Source: an uncultured Rikenellaceae bacterium (GTDB taxonomy: Bacteria > Bacteroidota > Bacteroidia > Bacteroidales > VadinHA17). From it: a DNA stretch of 64,000 nt. The notes beneath the pieces were generated by a model. That model saw nothing but the letters and a program-made list of their open reading frames with translations, did not search any database and was not told the origin of the DNA. A program made the position numbers and the translations under genes. Shown here piece by piece: positions 45,522 to 55,664 of the stretch; positions within the stretch are counted from its first letter, which is position 1, and each line of letters starts with the position of its first letter. The DNA is taken from NCBI GenBank assembly GCA_963818525.1, contig CAWFSO010000001.1, positions 85,443-149,442 of the forward strand, in the 5' to 3' direction.

Positions 45522-47060
45522 ATGCTGGTCAAGACCTTCAGCGCTGCCGTATTTGGCATTGAGGCAGTTCCCGTCACCATAGAGGTTGATGTCACCCGCG
45601 GTGTCCGCTATATGCTTGTTGGGCTCCCCGACGCAGCCGTCAAGGAGAGCCAGCAGCGCATTGAGTCGGCCCTGCGTGCAGTGGGCCTGCATTGGCCGGG
45701 CAGGCAGGTTATCATCAACATGGCTCCGGCCGACATCCGCAAGGAGGGCTCCTCCTATGACCTGCCCCTGGCGGTGGGCATCCTGGCTGCATCGGAGATG
45801 GTCAGCGGCAGCAGGCTTGAGGGCATGCTTCTCACCGGTGAGTTGTCGCTCGACGGTGCCGTCAGGCCTGTCAGGGGTGTGCTGCCCATGGCGCTGCAGG
45901 CGAGGGCAGCCGGGTTCCGCGGGATGATGGTGCCGGCAGAGAATGCCCCGGAGGCAGCTGTCGTCGACGGCATAGACGTCTACGGTGTCACCAGCCTCGG
46001 TGAGGTCCTCAGTTACATGCGAGGAGAGATCAGCCCTCCGCCGGTGAAAGTTGATATGAACACCCTCTTCAGCAGGGAAGGGAACAGGTATGACGCTGAC
46101 TTTGCCGATGTAAGGGGGCAGGAGAATGTCAGGCGCGCACTGGAGGTGGCAGTCGCCGGCGCACATAATGCCATCATGATCGGCCCTCCCGGATCGGGCA
46201 AGACGATGCTCGCCCGCCGCCTGCCCTCGATCCTCCCGCCCCTGACACTGGAAGAGGCCCTTGAGACTACACAGATCCACTCGGTGGCGGGTAAGATAGA
46301 CAGCCATGTCTCGCTGATGATACACCGTCCGTTCCGCAGTCCCCATCACACCAGTTCAGACATCGCCATGGTCGGCGGCGGCACCGTGCCTCAGCCCGGA
46401 GAGATCAGCCTGGCACATAACGGCGTGCTTTTCCTCGATGAGCTTCCTGAGTTTAAAAGGAGTGTCCTGGAGGTACTGCGCCAGCCGCTGGAGGACAGGA
46501 TAATTACCATCGCGCGGGCCAGGATGAGCTGCGACTTTCCCGCTTCGTTCATGCTTATTGCGTCGATGAATCCCTGCCCCTGCGGCTTCCATAACCATCC
46601 GGAGAAAGAGTGCACCTGCGCCCCGGGCATGGTGCAGAGATACCTCAACCGCATCTCAGGACCCCTTCTCGACCGCATCGACATACACATAGAGGTTGTC
46701 CCCGTAAATTATGAAAAGCTGTCAGCCACAACCACTGCAGAGCCCTCGGCCACGGTACGTGAGCGTGTCGTCAGGGCCCGGGAGTTACAGGCAAAACGGT
46801 ACGCCGGCCTTGACGGCATCTATTGCAATGCCCAGATGACATCTGCCATGATACGGCGGCACTGCCACCTTGATGAGACAGGCGGCAGGCTGCTGAGGGC
46901 GGCGATGGAGATGCGCGGACTGTCAGCCCGCGCCTATGACAGGATCCTGAAGGTGGCAAGAACCATTGCCGATCTCGACAGCTCGGAAGCCATCAGACCC
47001 GACCACCTGTCGGAAGCAATAAACTACCGCAATCTCGACAGGGACGGGTGGGCCGGATGA
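45522..47060 (+). CDS. YifB/ComM family Mg-chelatase-like AAA+ ATPase
   Basis: VGLPDAAVKES, NMAPADIRKEG, GPPGSGKT, RPFRSPHH, PGEISLAHNGVLFLDE, MNPCPCG, SGPLLDRID. Confidence 0.95.
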   Translation: MLVKTFSAAVFGIEAVPVTIEVDVTRGVRYMLVGLPDAAVKESQQRIESALRAVGLHWPGRQVIINMAPADIRKEGSSYDLPLAVGILAASEMVSGSRLEGMLLTGELSLDGAVRPVRGVLPMALQARAAGFRGMMVPAENAPEAAVVDGIDVYGVTSLGEVLSYMRGEISPPPVKVDMNTLFSREGNRYDADFADVRGQENVRRALEVAVAGAHNAIMIGPPGSGKTMLARRLPSILPPLTLEEALETTQIHSVAGKIDSHVSLMIHRPFRSPHHTSSDIAMVGGGTVPQPGEISLAHNGVLFLDELPEFKRSVLEVLRQPLEDRIITIARARMSCDFPASFMLIASMNPCPCGFHNHPEKECTCAPGMVQRYLNRISGPLLDRIDIHIEVVPVNYEKLSATTTAEPSATVRERVVRARELQAKRYAGLDGIYCNAQMTSAMIRRHCHLDETGGRLLRAAMEMRGLSARAYDRILKVARTIADLDSSEAIRPDHLSEAINYRNLDRDGWAG

Positions 47061-47087
47061 AAAACCCGCGGATCCTGTGACCGTGTG

Positions 47088-47567
47088 CTACCAGGTATAA
47101 CGTACACCTAATGCCACGCCCCATCCAAGCCCGGCATTATCACCAATGAAATCCCACATTGGACGAACGTCGATACTTACCAGTATAGGAGCATTCAAAG
47201 TGTTAAAATCGTATTCCAGGCCAACCTGGCCACCTATGGCAACGTTAAAGTAATCATCAGAGTCCTCGTAGGAATAATATCCAATTCCTGCTCCCGGTCC
47301 GATATACCAGTTCAACCCCTCGGTTATATTCCAGACCCAGTGATAAACACCAACCAGGAAAAATCTGCTGTGATGGGGATTGCCGCCAAAGCCCAGATCG
47401 AGCTCCAGCCTGTTTATGTCGTTAAACCCTTGCTGATAAGATAGTTCTGCCCCGTTAATATCACCATTCCCGCCAATACGCAAGCCTATGGCATGCGGAT
47501 TCACCTGAGCATTCATAACATAGCTCATGCAGAAAACAGCAAATGTAAGAATTAAGATCTTTTTCAT
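47088..47567 (-). CDS. Small outer-membrane beta-barrel protein
   Basis: Signal peptide, AIGLRIG, alternating beta strands, GLEYDF, C-terminal GVRYTW. Confidence 0.8.
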   Translation of the reverse strand: MKKILILTFAVFCMSYVMNAQVNPHAIGLRIGGNGDINGAELSYQQGFNDINRLELDLGFGGNPHHSRFFLVGVYHWVWNITEGLNWYIGPGAGIGYYSYEDSDDYFNVAIGGQVGLEYDFNTLNAPILVSIDVRPMWDFIGDNAGLGWGVALGVRYTW

Positions 47568-47897
47568 AATTGTATGTATAATATTATACTACTGTTTGTT
47601 ACAACTGTTTGCACAGAAGAATCAATTCACCTGTAAGGTTGCAAATCTTAATTGAAAGATCCATTACATTAAAGCCGTAATAAGTTATATAATTCACACC
47701 TCGGGATTAAGAGTGTGACTGCGCTCCGGGCATGGTTCATAGATACCTCCGCCACTCCCCGGGCCCATTCCTTTGCCGCATTGACCCTCACAGGTAGAGG
47801 TGGGTCTGATGAAAAAAACAATTTAGACTTTTTTACCATGGTTCTTTTTGCTTAATTTGTGACCGGGAAAGGTTTTACTTCATTTCGGTCGGAAAGT

Positions 47898-49034
47898 ATG
47901 GAACTAATTAACAGATTAAGGCAAAAGCTGTCAGATGAACATTTGATGTTCGCTTACCGTGGCGAGGTGACGGGTGATAACTCGGTAGGCCTGCTTACAC
48001 TTCTGGAGAGAGAGATGGAATTCTCGGATTTCAGTCTCCTCGGCCGAAAGCGACTCTTCATGTTCGTTCTCGAGAACCTTCAGAATATCACCAGGCACGG
48101 CGTATCGAAGAGTGAGGAGATAACTTCGCTGGTGGTATACAACAAGACTGCCGACGGCTACACGGTGAGCACCGGCAACGCCCTGAAAAATAGTGAGGTC
48201 AAAGGACTGAAGAGCAACCTGGAAAAGATCAATAACCTCGAACCCGACAAGATCAGGGATGTCTACAGGACTATGCTCCAGGACACAAAGATAGGCAAGA
48301 AGGGAGGGGCAGGCCTGGGCCTGATGGAGATGGCCCGCAAGACGGGCAACAGGCTCGATTATGATTTTCTTCCGATAGACGACAAATACTCATATTTCAT
48401 ACTGAGCAAAACGGTTGATGCCGGAGGCAAGGGCATCAGTGAGCCCGACGGATCACACGCCACCTTCGATACCAAAAAGGTAGCCCAGCTTGAACGCATG
48501 ATGAAGTCGAACAGTATCTTCTTCATCTGGGCCGGCCCGATGACACATGCCATCAGCAAGGAGCTGCTCAACTTCAGCGAGACCACCATGCGTGAGGCCG
48601 AACTCGAACAGAATCTCCACAAGCGCGTTTTTGCCACACTGATCGAGCTCCTCCAGAACGTGGCCCAGCACAGTCCCGGCTTTGAAGCCGAACAGAAGCA
48701 TGGCATCCCGCTTGCAATGATCAGGAAGACTCCCGCCTCATTCATCATCACCTCCGGAAACCTCATAATGACCCGTGATGCCGATCTTCTCATCCAGAAG
48801 CTTGACATGGTCAACAGGTATGATGAAGAGGGGCTGAAGAAACTGCTGAAGGTGGCCCTGATGGGTCAGGACATGTCGAAAGTGTCAACCGGGTATATGG
48901 GTCTTCTTGAGATGGCCCGGCGGTCGGGCGGACGGCTTACATACAAGTTTGACGAGATAAACGAAGAGTATTCCTATTATACTATTACCGTCAGGGTCAG
49001 GGCAAAGGGACTAAAGGCTCACTTACCATTGTAA
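47898..49034 (+). CDS. Tandem double SiaB-family (GHKL-type protein kinase) domain protein
   Basis: Domain 1: ENLQNITRH, TGN, KGGAGLGLMEMARKTG.RLDYDF. Domain 2: ELLQNVAQH, SGN, STGYMGLLEMARRSG.RLTYKF. Confidence 0.85.
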   Translation: MELINRLRQKLSDEHLMFAYRGEVTGDNSVGLLTLLEREMEFSDFSLLGRKRLFMFVLENLQNITRHGVSKSEEITSLVVYNKTADGYTVSTGNALKNSEVKGLKSNLEKINNLEPDKIRDVYRTMLQDTKIGKKGGAGLGLMEMARKTGNRLDYDFLPIDDKYSYFILSKTVDAGGKGISEPDGSHATFDTKKVAQLERMMKSNSIFFIWAGPMTHAISKELLNFSETTMREAELEQNLHKRVFATLIELLQNVAQHSPGFEAEQKHGIPLAMIRKTPASFIITSGNLIMTRDADLLIQKLDMVNRYDEEGLKKLLKVALMGQDMSKVSTGYMGLLEMARRSGGRLTYKFDEINEEYSYYTITVRVRAKGLKAHLPL

Positions 49035-49758
49035 GCTCCTTCCCGTCATAAACCGCATAGCTTTTCCTGCAGCTGAACCAGTCGCCCAGTATTATCATTC
49101 TCCTTCCCTCCTCATCAAAGGTCATGGGCAGGTGTCTGTGGCCGTAGATATAGTAACGCGCATCGCAACCGCCGGCAGCGACCTCCCTTGTATGACGTAT
49201 AAGATCCTCCTTCTCCTCTCCCATGAAGGGAAGCGAGATATGTTTGGCCAGACGGCTGCTCTTCGACCATGAATGCCCGAAGGCCATTCCCCAGCGCGGA
49301 TGGATGGCCGAATAAAATATCCGTCCCGTCTTGCTGCGGAAACAGGCAAAGAGCAGTTTTCCTCCTATGTTCCGGCTTCCGAGACCTTCCCCGTGAGCAA
49401 TGTAAAAGAGCTCATCGCCTATCTTTGTGAGGAGGGGCCCGAAATGGATAGTGACGCCGCACTCGGTGGAAAGATAGTCCTTCATCCACATGTCATGATT
49501 GCCAGTGAAGATGTGCAGGTCAATGCCCCGGTCTGTGAGCGAGGCCAGGGTGCCGAGGAATCTTGTGAATCCCTTCGGGATCACTGTTTTGTACTCCCAC
49601 CAGAAATCAAAAATGTCACCGAGGAGGTATATGGATTGTGCATCATGCGATGCCTCCACCAGCCATGCTACAACCCTCTGCTCGCGCTCACGCGGGTCAG
49701 TCCCGGCGGCCAGTCCCAGGTGAAAGTCAGAAGCGAAGTATGTATTCCGGCCGGCCAA
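48997..49758 (-). CDS. lpxH: UDP-2,3-diacylglucosamine diphosphatase
   Basis: ASDFHLG, LGDIFDFW, GNHDMW, HGEG, GHRH, LGDW; 38 nt convergent overlap with the SiaB gene. Confidence 0.88.
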   Translation of the reverse strand: MAGRNTYFASDFHLGLAAGTDPREREQRVVAWLVEASHDAQSIYLLGDIFDFWWEYKTVIPKGFTRFLGTLASLTDRGIDLHIFTGNHDMWMKDYLSTECGVTIHFGPLLTKIGDELFYIAHGEGLGSRNIGGKLLFACFRSKTGRIFYSAIHPRWGMAFGHSWSKSSRLAKHISLPFMGEEKEDLIRHTREVAAGGCDARYYIYGHRHLPMTFDEEGRRMIILGDWFSCRKSYAVYDGKELTMVSEPLVPLP

Positions 49759-49766
49759 AGTGATGA

Positions 49767-50921
49767 TTATTTGTTGAACAGCTGATCCATTCTTATCTGC
49801 AGGTTGCGGCCAAAGAGGTTGGTGTTTATGATGTTGCCCTCCGGATCGTACAGCAGGTTGGCAGGGACACTGTTTATGTTCATCAGGCGCGAATAGGTCG
49901 GGTTTGCCGGGTCAGGCTCCCTGACGCTGATCCATGGTATCTCCTCAAACCTTACCATGTTTTTCCATCTCGCTTCATCGGTGTCAAGGCTCACCTGGTA
50001 AATCTCGAGTCCCTTGCCGTGGTATGCCGAATATATCGCCTTCAGCGCAGGCAGCTCGTTGAGGCACTCCTGCGAGGCGGTGCTCCAGAACGATACGAGC
50101 ACATACTTGCCCCTGAGTGATGAGACACTTACCATTTTTCCCTGCGTATCGGGCAGCAGCGGAGTGGTGTTTGTCACCGGGAGCTGCGATGCCAGTGTCG
50201 CCATCCGGTTGATGTACATCTGGTTCAGCTCTGACGTGACATTCTCCTTCAGGGCGCGGACATGTCTCGAGACGGGGTACTTCACTGAAAGGGAGTCGGA
50301 GACGATCTTCAGGTACTGCAGGTCACGGGGCTGGTAGAGGACATAGGTGTTGTCATCTATCCTCTGGTAGAGCGCCTGTATTGCAGCCATGGAGCTGATA
50401 TTCTCAATTATGAATTTGATGTTGAATTTGCGCTGGGCATCAACAACATCGACGAATGCCTTTTCAAGGTCAGCACCCTTTGTTGCAAGTTCGTCGTCAC
50501 TGAGCCCCGAATAAATCTTCCTTATGGAATCGAGGCGGGCCCTGGTTGACATTAACTGCTGGTCGAGCAGTTTGATCTCATCCGATCCCGGCGAACCGGC
50601 AACGGTATAATTGGTTGCCAGGGGTGACTTACCGAATTGAAGAGTGATGTTCTCGCCGGGCATTGCCAGCAGCCCTACGAATTCCCCGTTCTCAAGGCGT
50701 ACCTGGAAGAACTCCGGACCGGTGATCTCAGAGGTGAACTTAAAACGACCTCGTTTGATATCGGCCGAATCTATCACATTGCTGCGGTCAACCTCCGACT
50801 TGTCGAGATACACTACCCCTTCTCTCCCTTCGCTGAAGGTCCCTTTAATGGTCACATTGTTTTCACTGTTGCAGCCTGCAATTATTGCGGCCGTCAAAAA
50901 GATCAAAAGATATCTCCTCAT
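49767..50921 (-). CDS. DUF4369 + TlpA/AhpC-TSA lipoprotein with degenerate SxxC site
   Basis: Lipobox AGC, LRGKYVLVSFWSTASQEC, EIYQVSLD, VPANLL. Confidence 0.85.
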   Translation of the reverse strand: MRRYLLIFLTAAIIAGCNSENNVTIKGTFSEGREGVVYLDKSEVDRSNVIDSADIKRGRFKFTSEITGPEFFQVRLENGEFVGLLAMPGENITLQFGKSPLATNYTVAGSPGSDEIKLLDQQLMSTRARLDSIRKIYSGLSDDELATKGADLEKAFVDVVDAQRKFNIKFIIENISSMAAIQALYQRIDDNTYVLYQPRDLQYLKIVSDSLSVKYPVSRHVRALKENVTSELNQMYINRMATLASQLPVTNTTPLLPDTQGKMVSVSSLRGKYVLVSFWSTASQECLNELPALKAIYSAYHGKGLEIYQVSLDTDEARWKNMVRFEEIPWISVREPDPANPTYSRLMNINSVPANLLYDPEGNIINTNLFGRNLQIRMDQLFNK

Positions 50922-50967
50922 TATGAATTCCGATTTCTGGTACAAATAAAGTAAAAATAGGGATTGG

Positions 50968-52161
50968 CTACTGTCCGCCCAGCAGTTCCTCAAGTTTTTT
51001 ACGGAGTTCATCTCCCCTGAGGTTTATTGCCACGACTCTTCCTTCGCGGTCTAAGAGGTAGTTTGCGGGGATCTCCGTCAGGCCGAAGCTCTTCACCACC
51101 TCCGAGTCGCGGTATTTCAGGTCGCTGACATGGTTCCATCTCCCCAGCCTGTCTTTTCTTATCGCTTCCGTCCACTCCTCTTTCCTGAGGTCGAGTGAAA
51201 CCTGGAAGATGTCGAAGCCCCGCCAGTGCCACTGGTCGTACATGCTTACAAGGTTGGGGTTTTCCTCACGGCAGGGAGGGCACCATGCGGCCCAGAAATC
51301 GACGAGCACCACCCGGCCACGCAGTGATGAGAGCCTGAGCGTGTCGCCTTCAGGATCAGGGAGTGCTATCTCCGGCAGTGTTTTACCGATGGCAGGCAGT
51401 GTGCCGGCTTCTGTTGCGACGGCCACCGGGGCGGATCTTCTCAATCCCGCCACAAAGGAATGGAGGTCAAGTACCAGGTCGGATTCCGGGTAGAGGGCAT
51501 ATAGTGCAGAGTCAACCCTGTAGAATAGTTCAGGCTCCTTCGCCGGGTCAAACAGCTGGAGTCCGGGCACCACCTGCTGGTTCAGCAGATAGACAGAGAC
51601 CATCGATGAACCGTTAGCCTCAAGGAGCTCCTTTGCTTTTTTGCGGAAGGCCTCCACGATATCCGCTGCTCTCCTGTCAAGGCTGTCCATCAGCAACGGC
51701 AGCCGCGGGCTCATGATGCTGTCATTATAGACATCCGTCAGTCGCTGCAGTGCATCAATGACCTCACTGTGTTCCTTCCGGAAGCCCAGCATTGTGGAGG
51801 TCTCCTCTGATCCATTCAATTCCCCGGGTGAGTCAAGTGAACCAGCTGCCGCACTTACCTCGATCTTATCGCCCGGTGAGACGAGCAGCGTCAGGAAATT
51901 ATCGCTTCCCATGCTCAGCATGTAAAAGGCAGGCCACTCGGTCACCGACCTGAAGCTAAATTTTCCGTCCTCATCCGGGACCATTGAGTCAATTGGCTCA
52001 AGAAATCCGGGTTTTACCTCCCGGAGCAGCAGATACTCGCCCGTTCCCGCACCTTCGATTGTGCCGGTGATCCTGAATTCCTTATTCCCGCACCCGGTGG
52101 CGGCAACAAGGGCAGTCAGCAGGAGGAGGACCATTTTCCCCTTTTGGAAACCGGATAACAT
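50968..52161 (-). CDS. DUF4369 + TlpA disulfide reductase lipoprotein
   Basis: Lipobox TGC, LRGRVVLVDFWAAWCPPCREENP, QVSLD, IPANYLLD; start 52161 or 52134. Confidence 0.88.
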   Translation of the reverse strand: MLSGFQKGKMVLLLLTALVAATGCGNKEFRITGTIEGAGTGEYLLLREVKPGFLEPIDSMVPDEDGKFSFRSVTEWPAFYMLSMGSDNFLTLLVSPGDKIEVSAAAGSLDSPGELNGSEETSTMLGFRKEHSEVIDALQRLTDVYNDSIMSPRLPLLMDSLDRRAADIVEAFRKKAKELLEANGSSMVSVYLLNQQVVPGLQLFDPAKEPELFYRVDSALYALYPESDLVLDLHSFVAGLRRSAPVAVATEAGTLPAIGKTLPEIALPDPEGDTLRLSSLRGRVVLVDFWAAWCPPCREENPNLVSMYDQWHWRGFDIFQVSLDLRKEEWTEAIRKDRLGRWNHVSDLKYRDSEVVKSFGLTEIPANYLLDREGRVVAINLRGDELRKKLEELLGGQ

Positions 52162-52408
52162 GTAAAACTTTATTTTAAACATTACTGTCATTAAATCTTT
52201 CATATTGAACGAACTTTTTAAACGCACGCAGGTTCTCTTACTGAACTGCAAAGATATCTATTTTTCAGAGCCTTCGGGATGATTGTACCGGCACAGGTCT
52301 GATAATAAATCTGATTTTTTTGCTTTACTTTGCACTTGATTTTTTTTGTTATTAAATTAATACGGTTTATTTCTGACTTTTTAGCAGTTAAACGGAACTC
52401 CTTGAACT

Positions 52409-54355
52409 ATGGGATACATTAAGTTTGATAAGGCTCAGGTAGTTAACCTCGAGTATTCTTTAAGCCGTGAGATTTTACGCACCAACAGGGCAGGAAGTTA
52501 TTCATCGACCACCATTGTGGGATGCAACACCAGGAAGTATCATGGCTGGCTTGTTTGTCCGGTTGATGCGCTTGGCGGTGAAAGGCATGTGCTTCTTTCG
52601 AGCCTTGATACCACTGTCGTAAGCAACGGCCAGAGTTTCAATACGGGCATCCGGAAGTACCATGGCGATTACTATAGCCCCAAGGGTCACAAATACGTTG
52701 AGGATTTTGATGTTCAGGATATTCCGGGCATGACCTACAGGGTAGGCAACGTCTTTCTCAAGCAGGAGAGAATACTGGTTCACTATGAGGAGCAGCTGAT
52801 GATCAGGTATACTGTTCTTGACGCCGATGAGCCGGTCAAGCTTCAGTTCAGGCCTTTCCTGGCTTTCAGGAGCATTCACCAGCTGACGCATGCCAACATG
52901 TGGGCAAACACGCGGGTTGAGCCGGTGGCGAACGGGATCAGGATAAGAATGTATGACGGGTTTCCATGGCTCAACATGCAGCTTTCAGGGAAATCTGAGT
53001 TTGTGCCCGCTCCTGACTGGTACCAGGGTGTTGAATATACCGAGGAGCAGAAGCGTGGTTATGATTATTCAGAAGATCTTTTTTCACCCGGTTTCTTCGA
53101 GGTCAATGCCGCCAAGGGTGATGTCATAGTCCTGTCGGCTTCTACAAAGGAGGAGACTCCTTCCGGGTTCAAGACAAAGTTCACCCGTACGGTGAAGTCC
53201 AAGATACCGCGCAGCGATTTCGGGAACAGTCTGCGCAATGCGGCTCAGCAGTTCATTGAGAAGCGGGGTGATGACACGAATATCATTGCCGGTTATCCAT
53301 GGTTCGGCTCGTGGGGGCGTGATACCTTCATCTCTCTCCCGGGACTGGCGCTGGCACGCACTTCCGAGGATCTCTATGCCGCCGTGCTTGACACGCAGGT
53401 GCGCCGCATGAAGGGAGGCCTCTTCCCAAATATGGGAGACAATGACAATCCTGCCTTCAACAGCGTTGATGCGCCGCTCTGGTTCTTCCAGGCGGTGTAC
53501 AGCTACGGACTGGAGGCAAAAGAGGCCTGGAAGCGCTACGGCGATGCCATGACGGCGGTGCTTAATGCCTACCGCAGCGGGACTTCGTTCGGGATACACA
53601 TGAGAGAGAACGGACTGATCTATTCAGGTGCACCGGGGAAGGCACTGACATGGATGGATGCGGTGGTGAACGGTGTGCCGGTGACTCCCCGCGACGGGTA
53701 TGCCGTGGAGATAAATGCCCTGTGGTACAATGCCGTATGCTTTGCGCTCGACTGTGCCCGCGGGGCCAAAAACAGGACGTTTGTGAAGGAGTGGGAGAAG
53801 CTTCCGGAACTGATAACCAAATCATTTATTGAGATTTTCTGGGACGAGGAACTCGGTTACCTGGCTGACTACGTCAATGACGAGGAGAAAAACACGCAGG
53901 TAAGACCAAACATGGTAATAGCCACCTCGTTGCCTTATACCATGCTTGCCAAGGAGCAGATGAAGAGTCTTCTTGATATCGTAAACAGGGTGCTGGTCAC
54001 ACCGCGCGGTCTGCGGACCCTCTCTCCGGCCGAAGAGGGTTACTGCGGAATCTATTGCGGCACCCAGGAGATTCGTGACAGGGCCTATCATCAGGGGACA
54101 GTATGGCCGTGGCTGGCCGGCCCCTTCTGTGAAGGATGGCTGCGGGTCTATGGCGAAGGAGGAGTGTCGCGGGTAAGAAAGCTTATTATGGGCTTCGAGG
54201 AGACGCTGACGGAAGCAGGTATCTCAACCATCTCAGAGATATATGACGGTGACCCGCCTCACACACCCAGGGGAGCAATATCACAGGCGTGGAGCGTGGG
54301 CGAGGTGCTCCGCATTTTCACCCTTCTTGAAACGAAATATAAAGAAAACAAATAA
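52409..54355 (+). CDS. Glycogen debranching enzyme (amylo-alpha-1,6-glucosidase, GH133-like)
   Basis: NTRKYHG, IAGYPWFGSWGRDTFISLPG, SVDAPLWF, LTWMDA, VEINALWYN, AYHQGTVWPW, SQAWSV. Confidence 0.92.
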   Translation: MGYIKFDKAQVVNLEYSLSREILRTNRAGSYSSTTIVGCNTRKYHGWLVCPVDALGGERHVLLSSLDTTVVSNGQSFNTGIRKYHGDYYSPKGHKYVEDFDVQDIPGMTYRVGNVFLKQERILVHYEEQLMIRYTVLDADEPVKLQFRPFLAFRSIHQLTHANMWANTRVEPVANGIRIRMYDGFPWLNMQLSGKSEFVPAPDWYQGVEYTEEQKRGYDYSEDLFSPGFFEVNAAKGDVIVLSASTKEETPSGFKTKFTRTVKSKIPRSDFGNSLRNAAQQFIEKRGDDTNIIAGYPWFGSWGRDTFISLPGLALARTSEDLYAAVLDTQVRRMKGGLFPNMGDNDNPAFNSVDAPLWFFQAVYSYGLEAKEAWKRYGDAMTAVLNAYRSGTSFGIHMRENGLIYSGAPGKALTWMDAVVNGVPVTPRDGYAVEINALWYNAVCFALDCARGAKNRTFVKEWEKLPELITKSFIEIFWDEELGYLADYVNDEEKNTQVRPNMVIATSLPYTMLAKEQMKSLLDIVNRVLVTPRGLRTLSPAEEGYCGIYCGTQEIRDRAYHQGTVWPWLAGPFCEGWLRVYGEGGVSRVRKLIMGFEETLTEAGISTISEIYDGDPPHTPRGAISQAWSVGEVLRIFTLLETKYKENK

Positions 54356-54359
54356 TGAT

Positions 54360-55664
54360 ATGCGTGTCCTGATGTTTGGATGGGAGTTCCCCCCTCATAT
54401 TGCCGGGGGACTGGGTACCGCCAGTTACGGTCTCACCCGCGGTCTTGCAGCGCAGCAGGATGTGGAGGTGCTCTTTGTCGTCCCCAAAGCCTACGGCGAT
54501 GAAGACCAGAGCATTGTGAAACTTATTGGCGCCAACACCATCCCCGTCGCCTTTAAAAAGGTAAAGTACAATTACTTTCTCAAGCCGGTAGAGAAGATCG
54601 AAGTCTTCTCAAAACTGGTTCCTTACACTGATCCGGAGGATTTCTGGAAGATTACTCGCGGTGAGATCGCTGATACCGATGTGCTTGTGGAGACCAACCA
54701 GCAGGGCAAGGTCGATTTCACAGGCAGTTACGGAGCGACGCTGATGACCGAGATACACAAGTATTCCGTTGTGGCGCAGGTCATTGCCTCCGAGGAGGAA
54801 TTTGATATCATCCATGCCCATGACTGGCTCGCCTATCCTGCCGGAATAGCGGCCAAGGCGGTCTCGGGCAAGCCGCTGGTGATACATGTCCACGCCACCG
54901 ATTTCGACCGCAGCGGAGGAAATGTCAACCCCGTTGTCTACAACATGGAAAAGGAGGGGATGGATGCCGCCGACAAGATCATTACGGTAAGCAACCTTAC
55001 CCGTGACATAGTCATAAGCAGATATAATATCGATCCTGACAAGGTGGAGACGGTATACAATGCTGTCGAACCGCTTCATCATTCGGAGCTTGACATTCCC
55101 GAGCGGGCTTATGATGACAAGATCGTCACTTTCCTTGGTCGCATAACGATGCAGAAGGGACCTGAATATTTTATTGAGGCCGCCAGGATGGTCCTATCCC
55201 GCATGCCCAACGTAAGATTCGTGATGGCGGGCTCGGGAGACATGATGGAACGCATGATGCGTCACGCAGCCTACCTGCGGATCACCGACAGATTTCACTT
55301 CACGGGGTTCCTTCGCGGTAACGATGTATTCACAATGCTGCGTATGAGTGATGTATATGTCATGCCATCCGTCTCTGAACCGTTTGGCATCTCGCCACTC
55401 GAAGCAATGCAGTCGAATGTGCCTGTGATCATAAGCAAGCAAAGCGGCGTGGCCGAACTGCTTACCCATGCAGTCAAGGTCGATTTCTGGGATATAGAGG
55501 CCATGGCTGATGCCATCTACGGGATACTGACTTATCCGGCACTCTCAAGGATGTTTATTATGAATGGCAAGGAGGAGGTTGACAAACTGAAGTGGGAGAA
55601 GGCAGCCAGTCATGTCAAGAGTATTTACAAAGATGTTTTGAAACAGACAAGTTATAAGATATGA
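54360..55664 (+). CDS. GT4 glycosyltransferase (glycogen synthase-like)
   Basis: MRVLMFGWEFPPHIAGGLG, IHAHDW, GRITMQKG, MPSVSEPFGISPLEA. Confidence 0.92.
   Translation: MRVLMFGWEFPPHIAGGLGTASYGLTRGLAAQQDVEVLFVVPKAYGDEDQSIVKLIGANTIPVAFKKVKYNYFLKPVEKIEVFSKLVPYTDPEDFWKITRGEIADTDVLVETNQQGKVDFTGSYGATLMTEIHKYSVVAQVIASEEEFDIIHAHDWLAYPAGIAAKAVSGKPLVIHVHATDFDRSGGNVNPVVYNMEKEGMDAADKIITVSNLTRDIVISRYNIDPDKVETVYNAVEPLHHSELDIPERAYDDKIVTFLGRITMQKGPEYFIEAARMVLSRMPNVRFVMAGSGDMMERMMRHAAYLRITDRFHFTGFLRGNDVFTMLRMSDVYVMPSVSEPFGISPLEAMQSNVPVIISKQSGVAELLTHAVKVDFWDIEAMADAIYGILTYPALSRMFIMNGKEEVDKLKWEKAASHVKSIYKDVLKQTSYKI

Noticed and set aside
47568-47897. Possible ncRNA in the 330-nt intergenic region
   Set aside because: A few short hairpins, but no recognisable tRNA, riboswitch or other RNA family signature.
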